DNA of 52,176 nucleotides, filler included, from Perkinsus olseni (Eukaryota): NCBI GenBank assembly GCA_013115125.1. It is 2 parts of 2 records of this genome, joined end to end, with 100 filler letters (N's around TTAATTAATTAA, not from the genome) between each part and the next. Parts side by side here need not be neighbours in the genome. Positions count along the whole stretch, not along the records: positions 26,156 to 52,176 come from JABANN010000490.1; 1 more part is not named here. One strand, 5' to 3'. Shown piece by piece: positions 33,047 to 45,102 of this stretch (position 1 is its first letter; each line of letters starts with the position of its first letter). The notes under the pieces were generated by a model. It saw only the letters and a program-made list of their open reading frames with translations, ran no database searches and was not told where the DNA came from. The position numbers and the translations under genes were made by a program.

Positions 33047-34554
33047 GTGAGTGAGGTACATTCGCGTCGAGTTAGTTTAATTTTATCTTCTAAAAAGGAA
33101 TGTCCCCCCCCTCCCCGCAACCGCCGCAGCTCCACCGTCCCCGACAACACCGACAATGGCGGCCTCCCGACGCCGCCTTCGGCCTCAGATCCACCCGCAA
33201 CACCAGTCTCCGACCTGCCCCTTCCGCCAGATGACGTGGCGGCAAGCTCAGCCGGCCCCGCCGCTCCCCCCGACGTCTCGACGGTCCTTCTCAGCAGCCA
33301 ACTTGGCTCCTCCGGTCCGCACGATCCAGCTGCCGTGGTTCAAGACGCCCCCAGCTTGGTCCCAGACGCTCCTCGGAGCACGAGCCCCACAGCACCGTGC
33401 CAGGACGGTCCCGGCAACCCCAGCTCAGCGAACGCGACCCCCCTCTCCGTCGGCGTGAATCAAGAACTGGTCTACCTCGCCGCCGATCTGGAGCCCGGCG
33501 CCGCTGGACCGGTACTTGCGGTCCTCGTGCAGAACGGCATCAACAGCCAGGAGGCCCTAACCTCCGTCGCCGGCGACTTATCCCTCAGATCCGCTATCGC
33601 TGAGGAGCTGACTTTGAGAGGCCGGGTAGTCTACAGCATCATGTGCAACAGAGCGCTAGCCGAGAAGGAGGCCAAGAAGGAGACCAAGGAGCTCAACGCC
33701 GACGACATGACCAGAATGCTAACGGATTTTCAGGCCCTACACGGTTCGACACCCCCGCCCCCTCTGGTGACGACGAAACCGAGCATCATTCAGAAGATGA
33801 AGAGGCCGGATCAGGGTGTGTGTATGGACCTCAACGAGTTCCTTCCCAGGAGAGAAGCCCCGTCACCGTTGTCCCCCGAAGACTCCCGCTCCTTCAAGTT
33901 GACAAGCTCCGGACAACTGATCGCTTCGGGCGGCGAGAAACGTAAGCTTTCCGGTTTTACGGAGCTGTCGGTCGCTCTCTTCCGGTGGGGCGTCACCTAC
34001 TCTGTAGTGCATCCCCCCGTGATCGGCGGCTCCCCCTCTGACGTCGGTCTAAGCCTGTGCGACGTGTTGGCCTATTGGCGACGATTGGTCGACTTCCTTC
34101 CCGCCATTGGCGCTCCCGCCATCATCGATTACGACGCCAAATACCGCTCCGCCATCGCCCAGCTGGTAACCACCAAGACCCACTCGGTGTCCCATATGTT
34201 GTGCGAGGACGTCCTTCCCACAATTATGTCGGCGGCTTTGGCAAGAGCAACGGTGGTGTCCAGTCGTCCTTCTCAGCAGCAGATCACCTCTCCCCAGTCG
34301 ACTCCGACCAACAGTTCTCCCCCTCCCACGGAGTCTCCCAGAGACCGTCTATGTCGCCATTTCCTGCGTGGGGAGTCCCCACTGGGGACTGCAGGTTCGG
34401 CGACTCCTGTCGGTTCAGCCACTCGGTGAATGGTTCCGGCCGTCAACCTCAGCGTGCAACACCGTATGGTCGTCCCAGTCAGGGTCGCAACCATGTTAGC
34501 GGAGATCCTACGCCGTCCTCATCTACAGGTAACAGCGCTGGCTCGCGAGGGTGA
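33047..34554 (+). pseudogene. Gag-like ORF1 with a C-terminal CCCH zinc finger, frameshifted by a 14-bp insertion
   Basis: Removing 34375-34388 restores C-x7-C-x5-C-x3-H (CRHFLRGDCRFGDSCRFSH) and the frame to the stop at 34554. Confidence 0.75.
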
Positions 34555-34754
34555 CTGGTAGTGGCGTCGGCGTGGCTCGCCATAGTCAGCGAGGCGTCTT
34601 TACCAACAGTTTCTCAATAGTTAAGTCAGTCATCAGTTAAGTCGTTATCTCAGTTGTGAATCAAGACAGTAGTAGTTAAGTTCAGTCAGTCAGTCAATAG
34701 TGAGTTAGTGATCGATTTCATACCTCAGTCCCGGTCGGAGCTCCCGCAAATGAC

Positions 34755-36829
34755 GTGCCCTATCAAGATGGGTCCGGCGTGAAGGCCCATTTGCCCTCTT
34801 CTGTACATACCCGCAGCGATATTGGTCCCGACAAGGCTTCGTTCGTGCGCCTGCTTGTTCACACTGTCTCCGAGTACAACTTAGAAGGCATTGTCAAGAC
34901 ATGCACAGCTAGTGATGGGAGCATCAAGCCCGAAAGTGTGCAGTCCCTCGTGGATAGTTGCTCTACCGCTGCTGATAGTTTACTGCGTAGTTTGGAGGAG
35001 TCCCGTAATGTCTCTCCTAGACCTTGTACGTCTAGCAGTACCATCCGTCCCGAAGTTCTCCGTTTCTTGTCCGACATTTTCGACAAGGGAAACGACGACG
35101 ACCTGGCTTCTGAAGTGGATAGTGGTGTGAATTTGGGTTTCGAAGGTGGCCTTCGACGCTCCGGAGTCTTCCCGGCAGCAAAAGCTACCAAAAAGCCTGA
35201 TGGTGATGCCGATTTCTTCCAGGAGTATAGTGCCGGTCGTCTGCGGCCGGGTAACTACTTCAGTGCCCCGGACGCGGTGTCTGCAATAAAGTCCGTCGTC
35301 GATGAAGAACTTCGCCTCGGGAGGGTTCGCGAACTTCACTCCGACGAAGCCCGCCGATGCGATCGTTTTTTTCCCGGTTGGCTGCAGTGCCAAAAGGGAA
35401 ACTAGCCCCCGATGGTGTCTCCCAGTTATACCGCCTAGTCGAAGATTTTAAGCGTTCTGGCGCGAATGCCAGGATAGTCCCTGTTGAACGCACCACTCAT
35501 CCGACTCTTAATGATATTTGCCTTTTACTGAAGTCCGTTACTTTCGTGATGGTTGTTACAAGAAATACTCGGCCACTGTAGTTGATATTAAAGGTGCTTA
35601 CAGGCACCTATTCATGTCGGAGTCCAATCGTAGATTTTGCTGTTTTTCGTTGGACGGTCACCATTATGAAAACCTGGCCGTGCCATTTGGTGTGGCCACG
35701 GCTGGGTGGGCGTTTTGCCGACTGTCCAGCAAGGTCCTAAGAATTTGTAACTCTATTCTCGAAGCCTTGTCTCCTTCGTTGGCTGCTGCTGGCTGGGTGT
35801 ATATCGATGACTTTTGCTGGCTGTTGCCGGAGGAGAGCGCATCCCTTCTCACTTCTTGCCTTTTGGTTTTGTTCCCTCTACTCGGGATAAACCTATCTTG
35901 GGATAAGTGTAACCTGACCACTACGCACTTTCGCTTCATCGGCTTCGATGTAACGATTGATGGTCCCAACACGTCAGTACAGTTGCCAGCAAGCAAGCTC
36001 GCATCTCTTCTCACTAGTTTGAATATTTTTGTCGGTGGTGCCCATCCCGCAAGTTCCATTTCTCTTCGCGCCGTTGAATCTTTAGCGGGAAAGATAACTC
36101 GCCTTTGTATGATTTGCCCTTTTGCGAAGTCGAATTTGTCCCCTTTATACTCGGTTACTAATATAATGAAACGTAAACAGTTGCGCTCTGTTACTTTGTC
36201 GACCAACTCGGAACTTTTTGCAGCTCTTTCGTGGTGGTCCACTACCATCTCGTCCTACTCCACTTCGGCCGAGTGCTCCCCCTTTTTACTTCGCTTGCCG
36301 GTATTTCCGACTAACGTTGAGGATGTTCTAACGATCACCAGTGACGCATCGACATACGCTCTTGCCGGTTGGGCATCTTTCAGAGGTTCCGTCACTTGGT
36401 TCCAAGTCCCCCTAAACTCAGGGAAAGGGCTCGGGGATTGGAGGTTCTTACTCGAGACTCCCTCTAATCCTTCGTGCAATGATATGGTGTTGCTTGAGTG
36501 TTTGGCGGCATCTGTTGGCTTGTGTGTTGCCCTGGGTATGGTTCCCAGCTCCCTAGCGGCCAGACTACCATGTCGCCTTTTTTACAGATAGTACTGGGAC
36601 TATGGTCTGTTTTCGGAAGTTTCGCTCGCGTACTCCGCGTATTAACAAAGTTTTGCAGTCTCTTGTTTCTCATTTGTCACGTGTCTGCTACAGTTGGGAA
36701 GTCCTTTACATAGCATCGTCCGATAATACTATTGCCGACCAACTTAGTCGTTCGTCTTCGCCATATCAAGTTGTTCCTGCAACTTGGTCTAGATCTTCCG
36801 TCACGGTTGACAATCTACTTCGTTTCTAA
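34755..36829 (+). pseudogene. Reverse transcriptase-RNase H ORF with about 3 frameshifts
   Basis: AVPK..YRLVEDF, DIKGAYRH, VPFG, YIDD (35800-35811), FIGF; RNase H SDAST, LE, TDS, NTIADQLSR. Frame changes near 35370, 35540 and 36580. Confidence 0.88.
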
Positions 36830-36892
36830 TTCGTTCTCTACTCCATCCCTCTCTCATCCACTGCTTGCTGTTGTGTCTTAGGTCAATCATAC

Positions 36893-37897
36893 GTGAACTC
36901 CTCTGCCCCTCCTTCAAAGCGACTTCGCGCTTGCTCAGCTGTTACTCAGCATCCCGCGGGTGTATTGGGCTCCGTTGTTTGGAATTTCATCAGAGACGGC
37001 CACGCCGCCAGCACTTCGAAGCAGTATGATTCGATTGAACTCTTCTACAAGGAGGTTGTCAGCAGCGCTGCTGTTCCGTTCCCTGCCTCTGGCCATTCCC
37101 TGGCTCTCTTCGCCTACGCCATGTCGAGAGCCGGGTACAAGTTTGCGACGGTGTCCTCCTACTTGAGCGCTATGGTCTCACGCAACAGGTTGTATGGTAA
37201 TGATCTCTCCTCCCAGGATGAGTTCATTTTGAAGATGGCGAAGAAGTCGGCCTCCAAGATATGCGTTCATGATATTGACCAAAAGCTCCCGCTAACTAGA
37301 GACCAGGTTACTCAGTTAGGAGCCTTAGATCCGCTTGGCGGTAACATTGTAGTGACCGCTTCCTTGTGCGGTATCTTTGCTCTTCTCCGTGGCGACGAAA
37401 TTATCAACCTCAATTTCGAGGACTTACAGTTATGTGATCGTTTGGGAAAGCGGGTCGCTCGCATAATTGTTCGTCAGTCCAAGATAGATCAAGCCGGTCG
37501 CGGTGAGTCTGTCCTTGTTTCCTGTGTTCGCGGCCGACCTTTCGATGCTTCCTGCTTTTCCCACTGTGCTTATCACCGGCTACTCATCTTGGCCGCTTCG
37601 CATAAACAATCCTCCTCTCCTCTGTTCGAGTATAACGGTGGTCGGTTGTCTCATGACATTTTTATGAGCGAGTTCCGCCTCTTGCTTTCGCGTCTCGGCA
37701 TGTCAACCGAGACCTTGGAGGATTACGGGCTGCACTCGCTCAGGCGCACAGGGGCTACCTTGTGCTATCTTAGCGCGGTGCGCGACCACACTATCCGTGA
37801 ACAGGGTCGCTGGTCTAGTGAGTGTGTGTACGAGTACTTGGTGGATGCCTCTTTGGCGGAGCGAGTGACCTTGGCGGAGCGCATGATGGTCGGTTGA
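36893..37897 (+). CDS. Tyrosine recombinase (integrase) of the retroelement
   Basis: Open 334-aa ORF with catalytic residues LLRGDE (R), SKIDQ (K), HSLRR (HxxR), GRW and YEY. Confidence 0.92.
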   Translation: MNSSAPPSKRLRACSAVTQHPAGVLGSVVWNFIRDGHAASTSKQYDSIELFYKEVVSSAAVPFPASGHSLALFAYAMSRAGYKFATVSSYLSAMVSRNRLYGNDLSSQDEFILKMAKKSASKICVHDIDQKLPLTRDQVTQLGALDPLGGNIVVTASLCGIFALLRGDEIINLNFEDLQLCDRLGKRVARIIVRQSKIDQAGRGESVLVSCVRGRPFDASCFSHCAYHRLLILAASHKQSSSPLFEYNGGRLSHDIFMSEFRLLLSRLGMSTETLEDYGLHSLRRTGATLCYLSAVRDHTIREQGRWSSECVYEYLVDASLAERVTLAERMMVG

Positions 37898-39213
37898 TGC
37901 CTGTCGTCGTAGCCCTTGCCGGGCAGTGTAGTGGGTCGTTTCTGTTGGACGGCTGCGGATTGCGTTGGTCAATGCGCCTTCCGTGGCGTTGGGTGCGTGG
38001 TTGGGTGGCGATGTGGTGCGGCTGCCTCCCTGTTGTTGGGAGGCGGCCCCGTCACATTGGCCGAGGACCCGGCGCTCTATGCGCAGTCCTCTGGCCCACG
38101 CCCCAACGCCGGGGAGGAAGGGAGCCGGGTAATCGAGGTCAACTCGTTGGGCCAGTTTACTCGGCGATGCCGCCCGGCGCACAGAGGAGACAGTAGCTTT
38201 GTGCTGGTGCTAGTGGGTGGTTCGGTCGAGGAGAGTTCGGAGTGAGTGAGGTACATTCGCGTCGAGTTAGTTTAATTTTATCTTCTAAAAAGCCTCCCGC
38301 CCACCCTGGCGATGTGGTGCGGCTGCCTCCCTGTTGTTGGGAGGCGGCCCCGTCACATTGGCCGAGGACCCGGCGCTCTATGCGCAGTCCTCTGGCCCAC
38401 GCCCCAACGCCGGGGAGGAAGGGAGCCGGGTAAACACCTCTCATACAGATTCGGTCGAATGAGCGGCTCAGACATCTAATCCTCCATGCCTACTAGAGCT
38501 AACCTCCCGTTATGCACGTGCCCCTCAGCGCTGCATGCTGAGACTGCTGCCCCACGCTCCACCAGGCCAGAGCCCGTCCTGTCTGGACTCGAATGGGCCG
38601 GCATTGCAAACACTTCACACCAGCGGAAGACTCGCTACCTCGGAGGCAGCAGCTTTCGTTCCTTCGCCACGCTCAAACATCCTAGCTATTTAACGCAAAC
38701 CGCCCTTCTTTTCTCAGGCATGCGAAACCTTAAAATGACCGACCACGGCGCCGCTACTCCGAATTTCAGAATCCGAAACCCCAAGAGATGCACTGAGGCC
38801 GATGGTGCTGGATCCTGAGCTTACAGCGAGCATCCGAACCTACAGTGAAGGCGAGAGCCACAGCCTTCAAAGAGAGATCGCACCTCGTGGTCTTTACTGA
38901 GGTGCAGCAAATGTTGTTTGAACACCTGGCGGAGCGGGCCGGTGAATTCATCCACGAAAACTACCAGCAACTGACGACTATGCTTAACAGCTATCAGGGG
39001 CCCTACAGATAAAGTTACAAAGATTTCAATCCTCGTTCGATCCCGGCACGTGACATTTTTCCATACATTTTTCACTTGCGCTATGCACGTCACATTCGAG
39101 ACGATCTTTGCGTTACCGTCGATGATTCTCTGAGTCCTCCCGCTCCTCGAGGCAGGTGAGGTGGGTTACTTGCTTCTCCTGTTTTCTTTGGCAACCCCAG
39201 GCATCACGTCACA

Positions 39214-41423
39214 ATGCTAGTCCTTCTCGAAACAGCAGCGGGTTACGGCCTCTTTAAACTTCAAAAGGATAAGATCACCGCGAGTCCCGATTCCGTCGCC
39301 GAAGCCCTCAGCACCCCCGAGGGAGCCCAGAAGGTAATTCTCGCAGCTCATCTGGTCTTCACGGAAACACAAAGTACGATGGCTATGGCAGGCCATCCGC
39401 TTGGATGCTTGGTCCGCCTTCAAAGATAACAAGCACGCCCTCGAAGCCTGCTCCGCCCTTATCGAGGGATCGATGGACAAGAGGTACAACATCGAAGGCA
39501 GCAGCAACAGCAGAGACTTTAGTACTGCCCCTTCTCTGACAGCTTGAAGAAGTTCTTGAAGAAGAATATCGTTGAGGCCGGTATCGAGGACGAACTGGCT
39601 GTTGCTGATCTCAAGCTCGGCAGTGTAATACCATGACGCTCACTATCAATCCCGCTCGGTGGAGGGGCCACACGATCGACCCTTCAAGAAACTCCCGTGG
39701 AGACTGAAACTGCATTGCTTCGCTTCCAGGCCATCAACAAGAAGTTTGGAATCTCGTGCGTTGCCAATGCCACCACTAACCAGCTCATGCGTGGCATCAG
39801 AGAGCAGCTGTCCACTTTGGTGGAGGGTCTTGATGACAAGGAGCAGAGGACCATGGCCCTTGGTCTGTCCCATACCCTCAATAGGTACTACAGTGCAGCT
39901 GGAGGGGAGCACGTAAATTGGTTGGTCAGGTTCAAGCTGAAGTTCTCCCCCGAGAAGGTGGACACTATGATCATCCAGGCCGTAGCACTGCTGGATGATC
40001 TGGATAAGGAGTTGAACAACTTCGCTATGAGGCTGCGCGAGTGGTATGTCCCTACAAACTCGATGCTGCCCTCGTTACGATGTGGGCCTCATCAGGTACG
40101 GCTGGCACTTCCCTGAGCTCTCTAAGATCGTCACTGATAACTACTCCTATGCCAAGGTCGTCAAGCTCTTGGGGTAAGTACTCGCAAGGAGGGCTGCAAT
40201 AAGGGACTCGAAGGAATATTTTTGCTTATTATGTGTACGGGTACAAGTCATGTGCAAAAATGGTCAGGTTCCGAACGAACGCTAAGAAGTTGAGCGAGGA
40301 GGCCTGGGCTGACATCATGGCCGATGAGCAGATTGTTGCTGACATCAAGACCGCTGCTGAGATTTCCATGGGTGTCGAGATCACTGAGGAGGATCTGGTA
40401 GGCCCCGAGTTCAAATCCCACACCCTCCATTATCCCGTTTCCTCAGGGCCATATCCAAGAGTTGGCTGATCGTGTACTCGAGTTGACCGAGTATCGTGCC
40501 GCTCTGTCCGACTACCTCCACCACCGTATGGAGGCCATCGCCCCCAATCTTACCTACATGGTCGGCGAGCTCGTCGGTGCCCGATTGATCGCCCATGCCG
40601 GCTCTTTGATGACCTTGGCTAAGCATCCCTCTTCCACTGTACAAATTTTGGGTGCTGAGAAGGTACGTCTGATAGCTTGGAGATTTCCTGCCATCTGGGA
40701 GATCCTCAGGCCTTGTTCCGTGCCTTGAAGACTAAGCAGGATACTCCTAAGTACGGTCTCATTTACCACGCCTCTCTCGTCGGTCAGACTCAGCCTAAGT
40801 TCAAGGGTGAGTGACGCCATTATCGTGCTGCGCTCGAGTCGTGACCTGTCTCTGTTGCCAGGTAAGATTTCCCGAGTGCTGGCTGCCAAGCTCTCCCTGT
40901 GCGCTAGGGTTGACGCTCTCGGTGACCAGACTGAGGTTACCGTTGGCGAGGGCTACAAGGAATACGTTGAGAGGAGGTATTATCCCAGCATCCGACTCAA
41001 GGCCGCGAGGCATGTTGTTCTTTTGTCAGGCTGCGACAGCTTGAGGGTGGCAGCGTTGCCCAGGCGACTAAGGACTACTCTAAACCTGCTACTCAGAAGT
41101 AGGGAGGTGCTCAGGGTTGACCCTGTTCGGAAACTTTGTTGCATCAGGTACAGCAAGCCCGCTGGTGGTGCTCCCACGTACAATACTGAAGCTGATGCTG
41201 TGGTAGAGAAGAGCGATGAAACGGCGGACTCATCTTCCCACAAGAAGAAGCGTAAGCACGAGAAGGTCGCTGAGGAGGATGAGGAGGTAGTGGTACCGGG
41301 CCCAGGGGTGGGATTGAATCGGTCCTGTAGCAGGTCGAAGTTGATGTTGATGTGGTGAAGACTAAGAAGAAGAAGTCCAAGAAGCATCATCATCATAAGG
41401 ATGCCGCCGCCGAAGAGGAGTAG
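39214..41423 (+). CDS. NOP58: Nucleolar protein 58 (box C/D snoRNP core), multi-exon
   Basis: [96 protein letters not shown]; Lys/Glu-rich tail ending in TAG at 41421-41423. Confidence 0.93.
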
Positions 41424-41699
41424 AGCTCTTCCGTTTCCTCAACGTCAGATTCAGTTTACCAATCTTCAACTGTTGTTGAGTCCGAGTAAATTCTCACCGT
41501 GTTTCTTCCGAGAGCGAGAACAGCTGTAGCACTGGGCCGGGCAGATTGGCCAGATCCCTAGCCACCTCAAGCCGCGATTACCGGACAGTAGTTCGTCTCG
41601 TCTTTCCGATACACAACCGCCGAGTGTGATGTCCCTCCGACTCAGAACGTGGTTTAATTCCCCTCGCTGAGCTCACCCTCTCAGACCGTAAGGAAGACT

Positions 41700-43723
41700 C
41701 CACATCTACAGCAGGATCCGTCGTAACCACCCTTCCGATCCGATACACATCTTTGGTGGTAACGGTCGAGCATTGAATGAACCAAGCAGTACTGTTCGGA
41801 TAGGGTGATAATGCTTTTGGTTTGGCGAGCCCATCGCGAGTATTGATGCAGACAGGAGCAGTATCGTCCTCCAGTGAGTATCGGTCATCGGTTCTCGCGC
41901 TTAGCTTGGAGACGGAGACAGTACCACAATCAGGTGTGCGAACCTCGTGCAGGCTAGTTGTCGGAGTGCTCTAATAGCTACTCTCTCTGTAGGGTATAGT
42001 AGCTTGTCTCAATTTCAACCCTTTCCGCCCACACCTGTGTTGGCCCTTGTGCCGTGCTCGTGGGCACTGCCCTATCAAGCTTCGCATGTCTGCTGCTTCG
42101 AGTTGCAGTACTCGCAGTATACTACTTAAAGCACAGTATGCCTAGTAAGCATTGCCTACCCTGAAGCTTGCTGAGGTCAACGTTGACTCCGATGCTGTTC
42201 ACCCAAACTTCGCAGGTATGGTGGAGTCTCCCAAACTAAGAGTGGTGAAAGCTATCCCGGGCAGCACCCCTACTCTCAACTTGATGCTCCATGTACTGTA
42301 TTAGAAATCACCAACATCAGACGACATCATAATCATGCATTTATTAGTGGCCTCCACGTTCTGGAGTCCGACTCTGCTCACGTCTCCTCACCTGAGCGCC
42401 ACCCCGATCAGCTGGAAGCCTCGTTACCATCGCTCTGATACCTTCCTTGGTGAGCTATGGGATGACGGTTGCCCACTACGAGTTGCCGAGTACGGCGACC
42501 AGCTGTCAACAACAGCATGGTAAGCATCAGCCTTATCCCTGCTCGGGCATCGCTCGAGTGGCGGTAAGGCCGCAGCGGAGGACGCTGTTAACTTCACTGT
42601 TTCTGGTTTTACCTGCGACAATTTCTGGGCTGAGTAGACTGATACATCCGCCGTGTGACGAGCAGCCATCGCTGAGTGACTAGCGGATAATTGCTGAGAT
42701 GTCTAAATTCTCGGTGATCATGAGCGTAACCTGTGGTCGAACGTTTCACCTCTTGAGGCATCAGGGTCCGCTTCTGGTGGCTGAAATGTTGCATCTCGGT
42801 GACCTACACCAATCTCCACTTGCCTTGGGAGTGCTCAGACCACAGGCACTGTTTTACCTGTAGTTCTTCCAGCTCCCGGTTGCTCCTCTCCGTTTCAACC
42901 ACCCGAGCCTCATCCACTGCTAGTTTCTGGAGGCGAAGCTAGCGGGAAACACCCATCGCGGGTACGACTCTCATCGGTACCTCCGTTAACTCCTCCACAC
43001 GCTGCGTGTGCCGCACCTTACTGAGCGAGATCTCTTTTCCAAGGGTGAGGCAAAGATTCTCTATCTCTTTCACCTGAGCACGGCAGTAGGCAGAGCGGCT
43101 CATCTACGATTCGCAAATCTTTGTCTCGGGTCTTCCAGCGCTTGAAGCCAAGGGTCCTCGCGACTACCAGAGCTGGATCGTCGTCGCTATCGAGTGCAGC
43201 TTGCAGCTCGGTCATTCTCGAGGATCCCAGAGCCTCGTCGTCCATAATGGCCTCCACTAATTTGTGGATCCTCTTCCTCAATGGTCTGGACTCCCGCCTG
43301 ACGAGCTTGATGGCCTCGATTGTGTCCTCAAGGCGATCACCGTTCTCGGCAGCCTAGTGACCCAAAACGAACCTCAGAGGGATAAAGCTAGAAGTGCCTC
43401 AGTCACCTCGGCAACCTCCGATACAAAACTATGCGGGCTTTCTTCACGAGCCCGTTCAACGTCTCTTTCGTGAAGACTCTGAAGAAGGTTCGTCATTCTA
43501 CAGGGAAGGCCGCTTTGCTATACCGCATCGGTCTGTCGCTCAAGCTCAGCCGCGACCTCGCGTAGTTCATTGAGCTTGGCTTCGAGTTGCTGTTCTTCCT
43601 GGGCTTGCGAACCTGAGCCAACCGATTGGCCACATCGAGGAGCTACCACCCGAGCGGCTTACGCTTCATAGTCTCGTTACGTAGGCGTATGTAGTGGTCT
43701 CGGAAATTCTCTATGCCGGCCAT
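41700..43723 (-). CDS. Multi-exon hypothetical, partly coiled-coil protein; 3' end uncertain
   Basis: ATG at 43723 (MAGIENFRDHYIRLRNETMK) followed by a GTAAG donor; charged helical ORF pieces such as 43018-43281. Confidence 0.35.
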
Positions 43724-44444
43724 CTCGTTGACGGCGGCCCATAATCGACGTCGAGCGCCTCGTTTAGCGTTCCGTGTAATTCTAGAGCTGACATTTCTGA
43801 TAAATCTGACCCACAGAAAGTCGTGAACACAGCGTCTGCATGGCGAAGCTAGGATTTAGGATGCACTGGTGTCCGAACTCACTGCAATGAATTAGTCGAC
43901 AGTACTCCAGTGGCGGTAGCTCGTGCCTACCGGTCAGACCAAGTGTGCGATGCATTAGAGGAACAATCTACGTCGCAAGCCTACCCCTCGGATCTCACCG
44001 GTCCTGCAGCGGAGATCTACGGGAAAGTCCTCGCTGATTTCTGAGAAGGTTGAAACAGTCACGAAGAAGAACGGTGTCCCGAGGGCTCACCATCTCCGTG
44101 TTTGGGGCCACTGAGAGGCGCCTGTCGAAGCTCCGTGGAGTGAGGAGCACTCTCGGATTCGAGATTCGTCATTACAAAAGGCCATTCCACTGGATTCAGT
44201 TCTTTATACCACATCTTCAATAATTCGCCAGAAATTGAGTCGAAACACAGCGTTGATAGGAGCAAGGCTGAGCACGCATGTCAGTAGCTGCGGTGTCCGC
44301 GAGTCGCGGACCGCGACGTGGAAAGTTGGCGCGCAGAGCCGTTATAGGACCCGGAACTGGGACCGCCGAGTGATATGATGATAGCGCTGCTGCAAGAGGA
44401 GCTGAAGAGTGGACGATCGAGGCTGGGAAGACCATAAATACAAG

Positions 44445-44516
44445 TGGCTGTTCTGGGAGTCGAACCCAGGCCTCTACCGCCCAAAGGCAGAATCTTAACC
44501 TCTAGACCAAACAGCC
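44445..44516 (-). tRNA. tRNA-Pro (anticodon TGG)
   Basis: 72-nt cloverleaf on the minus strand: acceptor GGCTGTT/AACAGCC, A-box TGGTCTAGAGG, anticodon arm CTGCC-TTTGGGC-GGTAG, T-arm CTGGG-TTCGACT-CCCAG. Confidence 0.95.
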
Positions 44517-45102
44517 ACACATACATTTCTTGCCGAAAAGTCCGCCGCTAATTTTGGGCGCAACATGTCAGGAATGCTTCTCTCAACGCCATTGACAAGA
44601 GGGAAGGACGAATCGTAACGGCAATCGTCGCCAAAAGATTCGCGTGGGTACACCTCACTAGAACGACCACTGCGGCGGCACGACAAATGAGACGGCTAGA
44701 CCTGCGGCCGCATACTCGTCGATAGGCTATCAAAAATCTTCTGCAATTTCAAGGTAGCTGGCCCTAACACGCGCTGAACACGCTAAACACGAGGTGTAAC
44801 AGTAACAAGTGCGCTAGACTCGGCACTCCTACTCAGTAACTTGGTGTGACCACACAATGACGTCTCGTTAATGGAGAAACACTGTTTCTGGTGACAAACG
44901 GACGAGGATACGTAATCCTCGAAACCATCAGGTGACAAAAGAGACAACACGGGACGCACAAGTCTCGCGGTCCATGTAGTCTAAGCCGATGTATGCCAAT
45001 AGCCGACTGCCTACTCACCAAAGTGAGTTCTTCACAACATGGCGAATAGTAGCAAAATGTCAGCAGCATGACAATTATGATTCCAAACATAATAATAACA
45101 AT

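Larger units (their letters stand above)
32936..38433 (+). mobile_element. Tyrosine-recombinase retrotransposon (DIRS order, Ngaro/PAT-type split direct repeats)
   Basis: Layout A1 (32936-33097) - gag - RT/RNaseH - YR - B1 (38006-38132) - A2 (38131-38292) - B2 (38307-38433). Repeat copies appear identical by eye. Confidence 0.93.

Noticed and set aside
37703-38444. Overlapping ORFs at the 3' end of the retroelement
   Set aside because: GC-rich split-repeat sequence; the duplicated peptides only reflect the A/B repeats.
39626-39729. Possible box C/D snoRNA in a longer NOP58 intron (ATGACG...CTGA)
   Set aside because: Poor box C match and no rRNA-complementary guide that I could identify.
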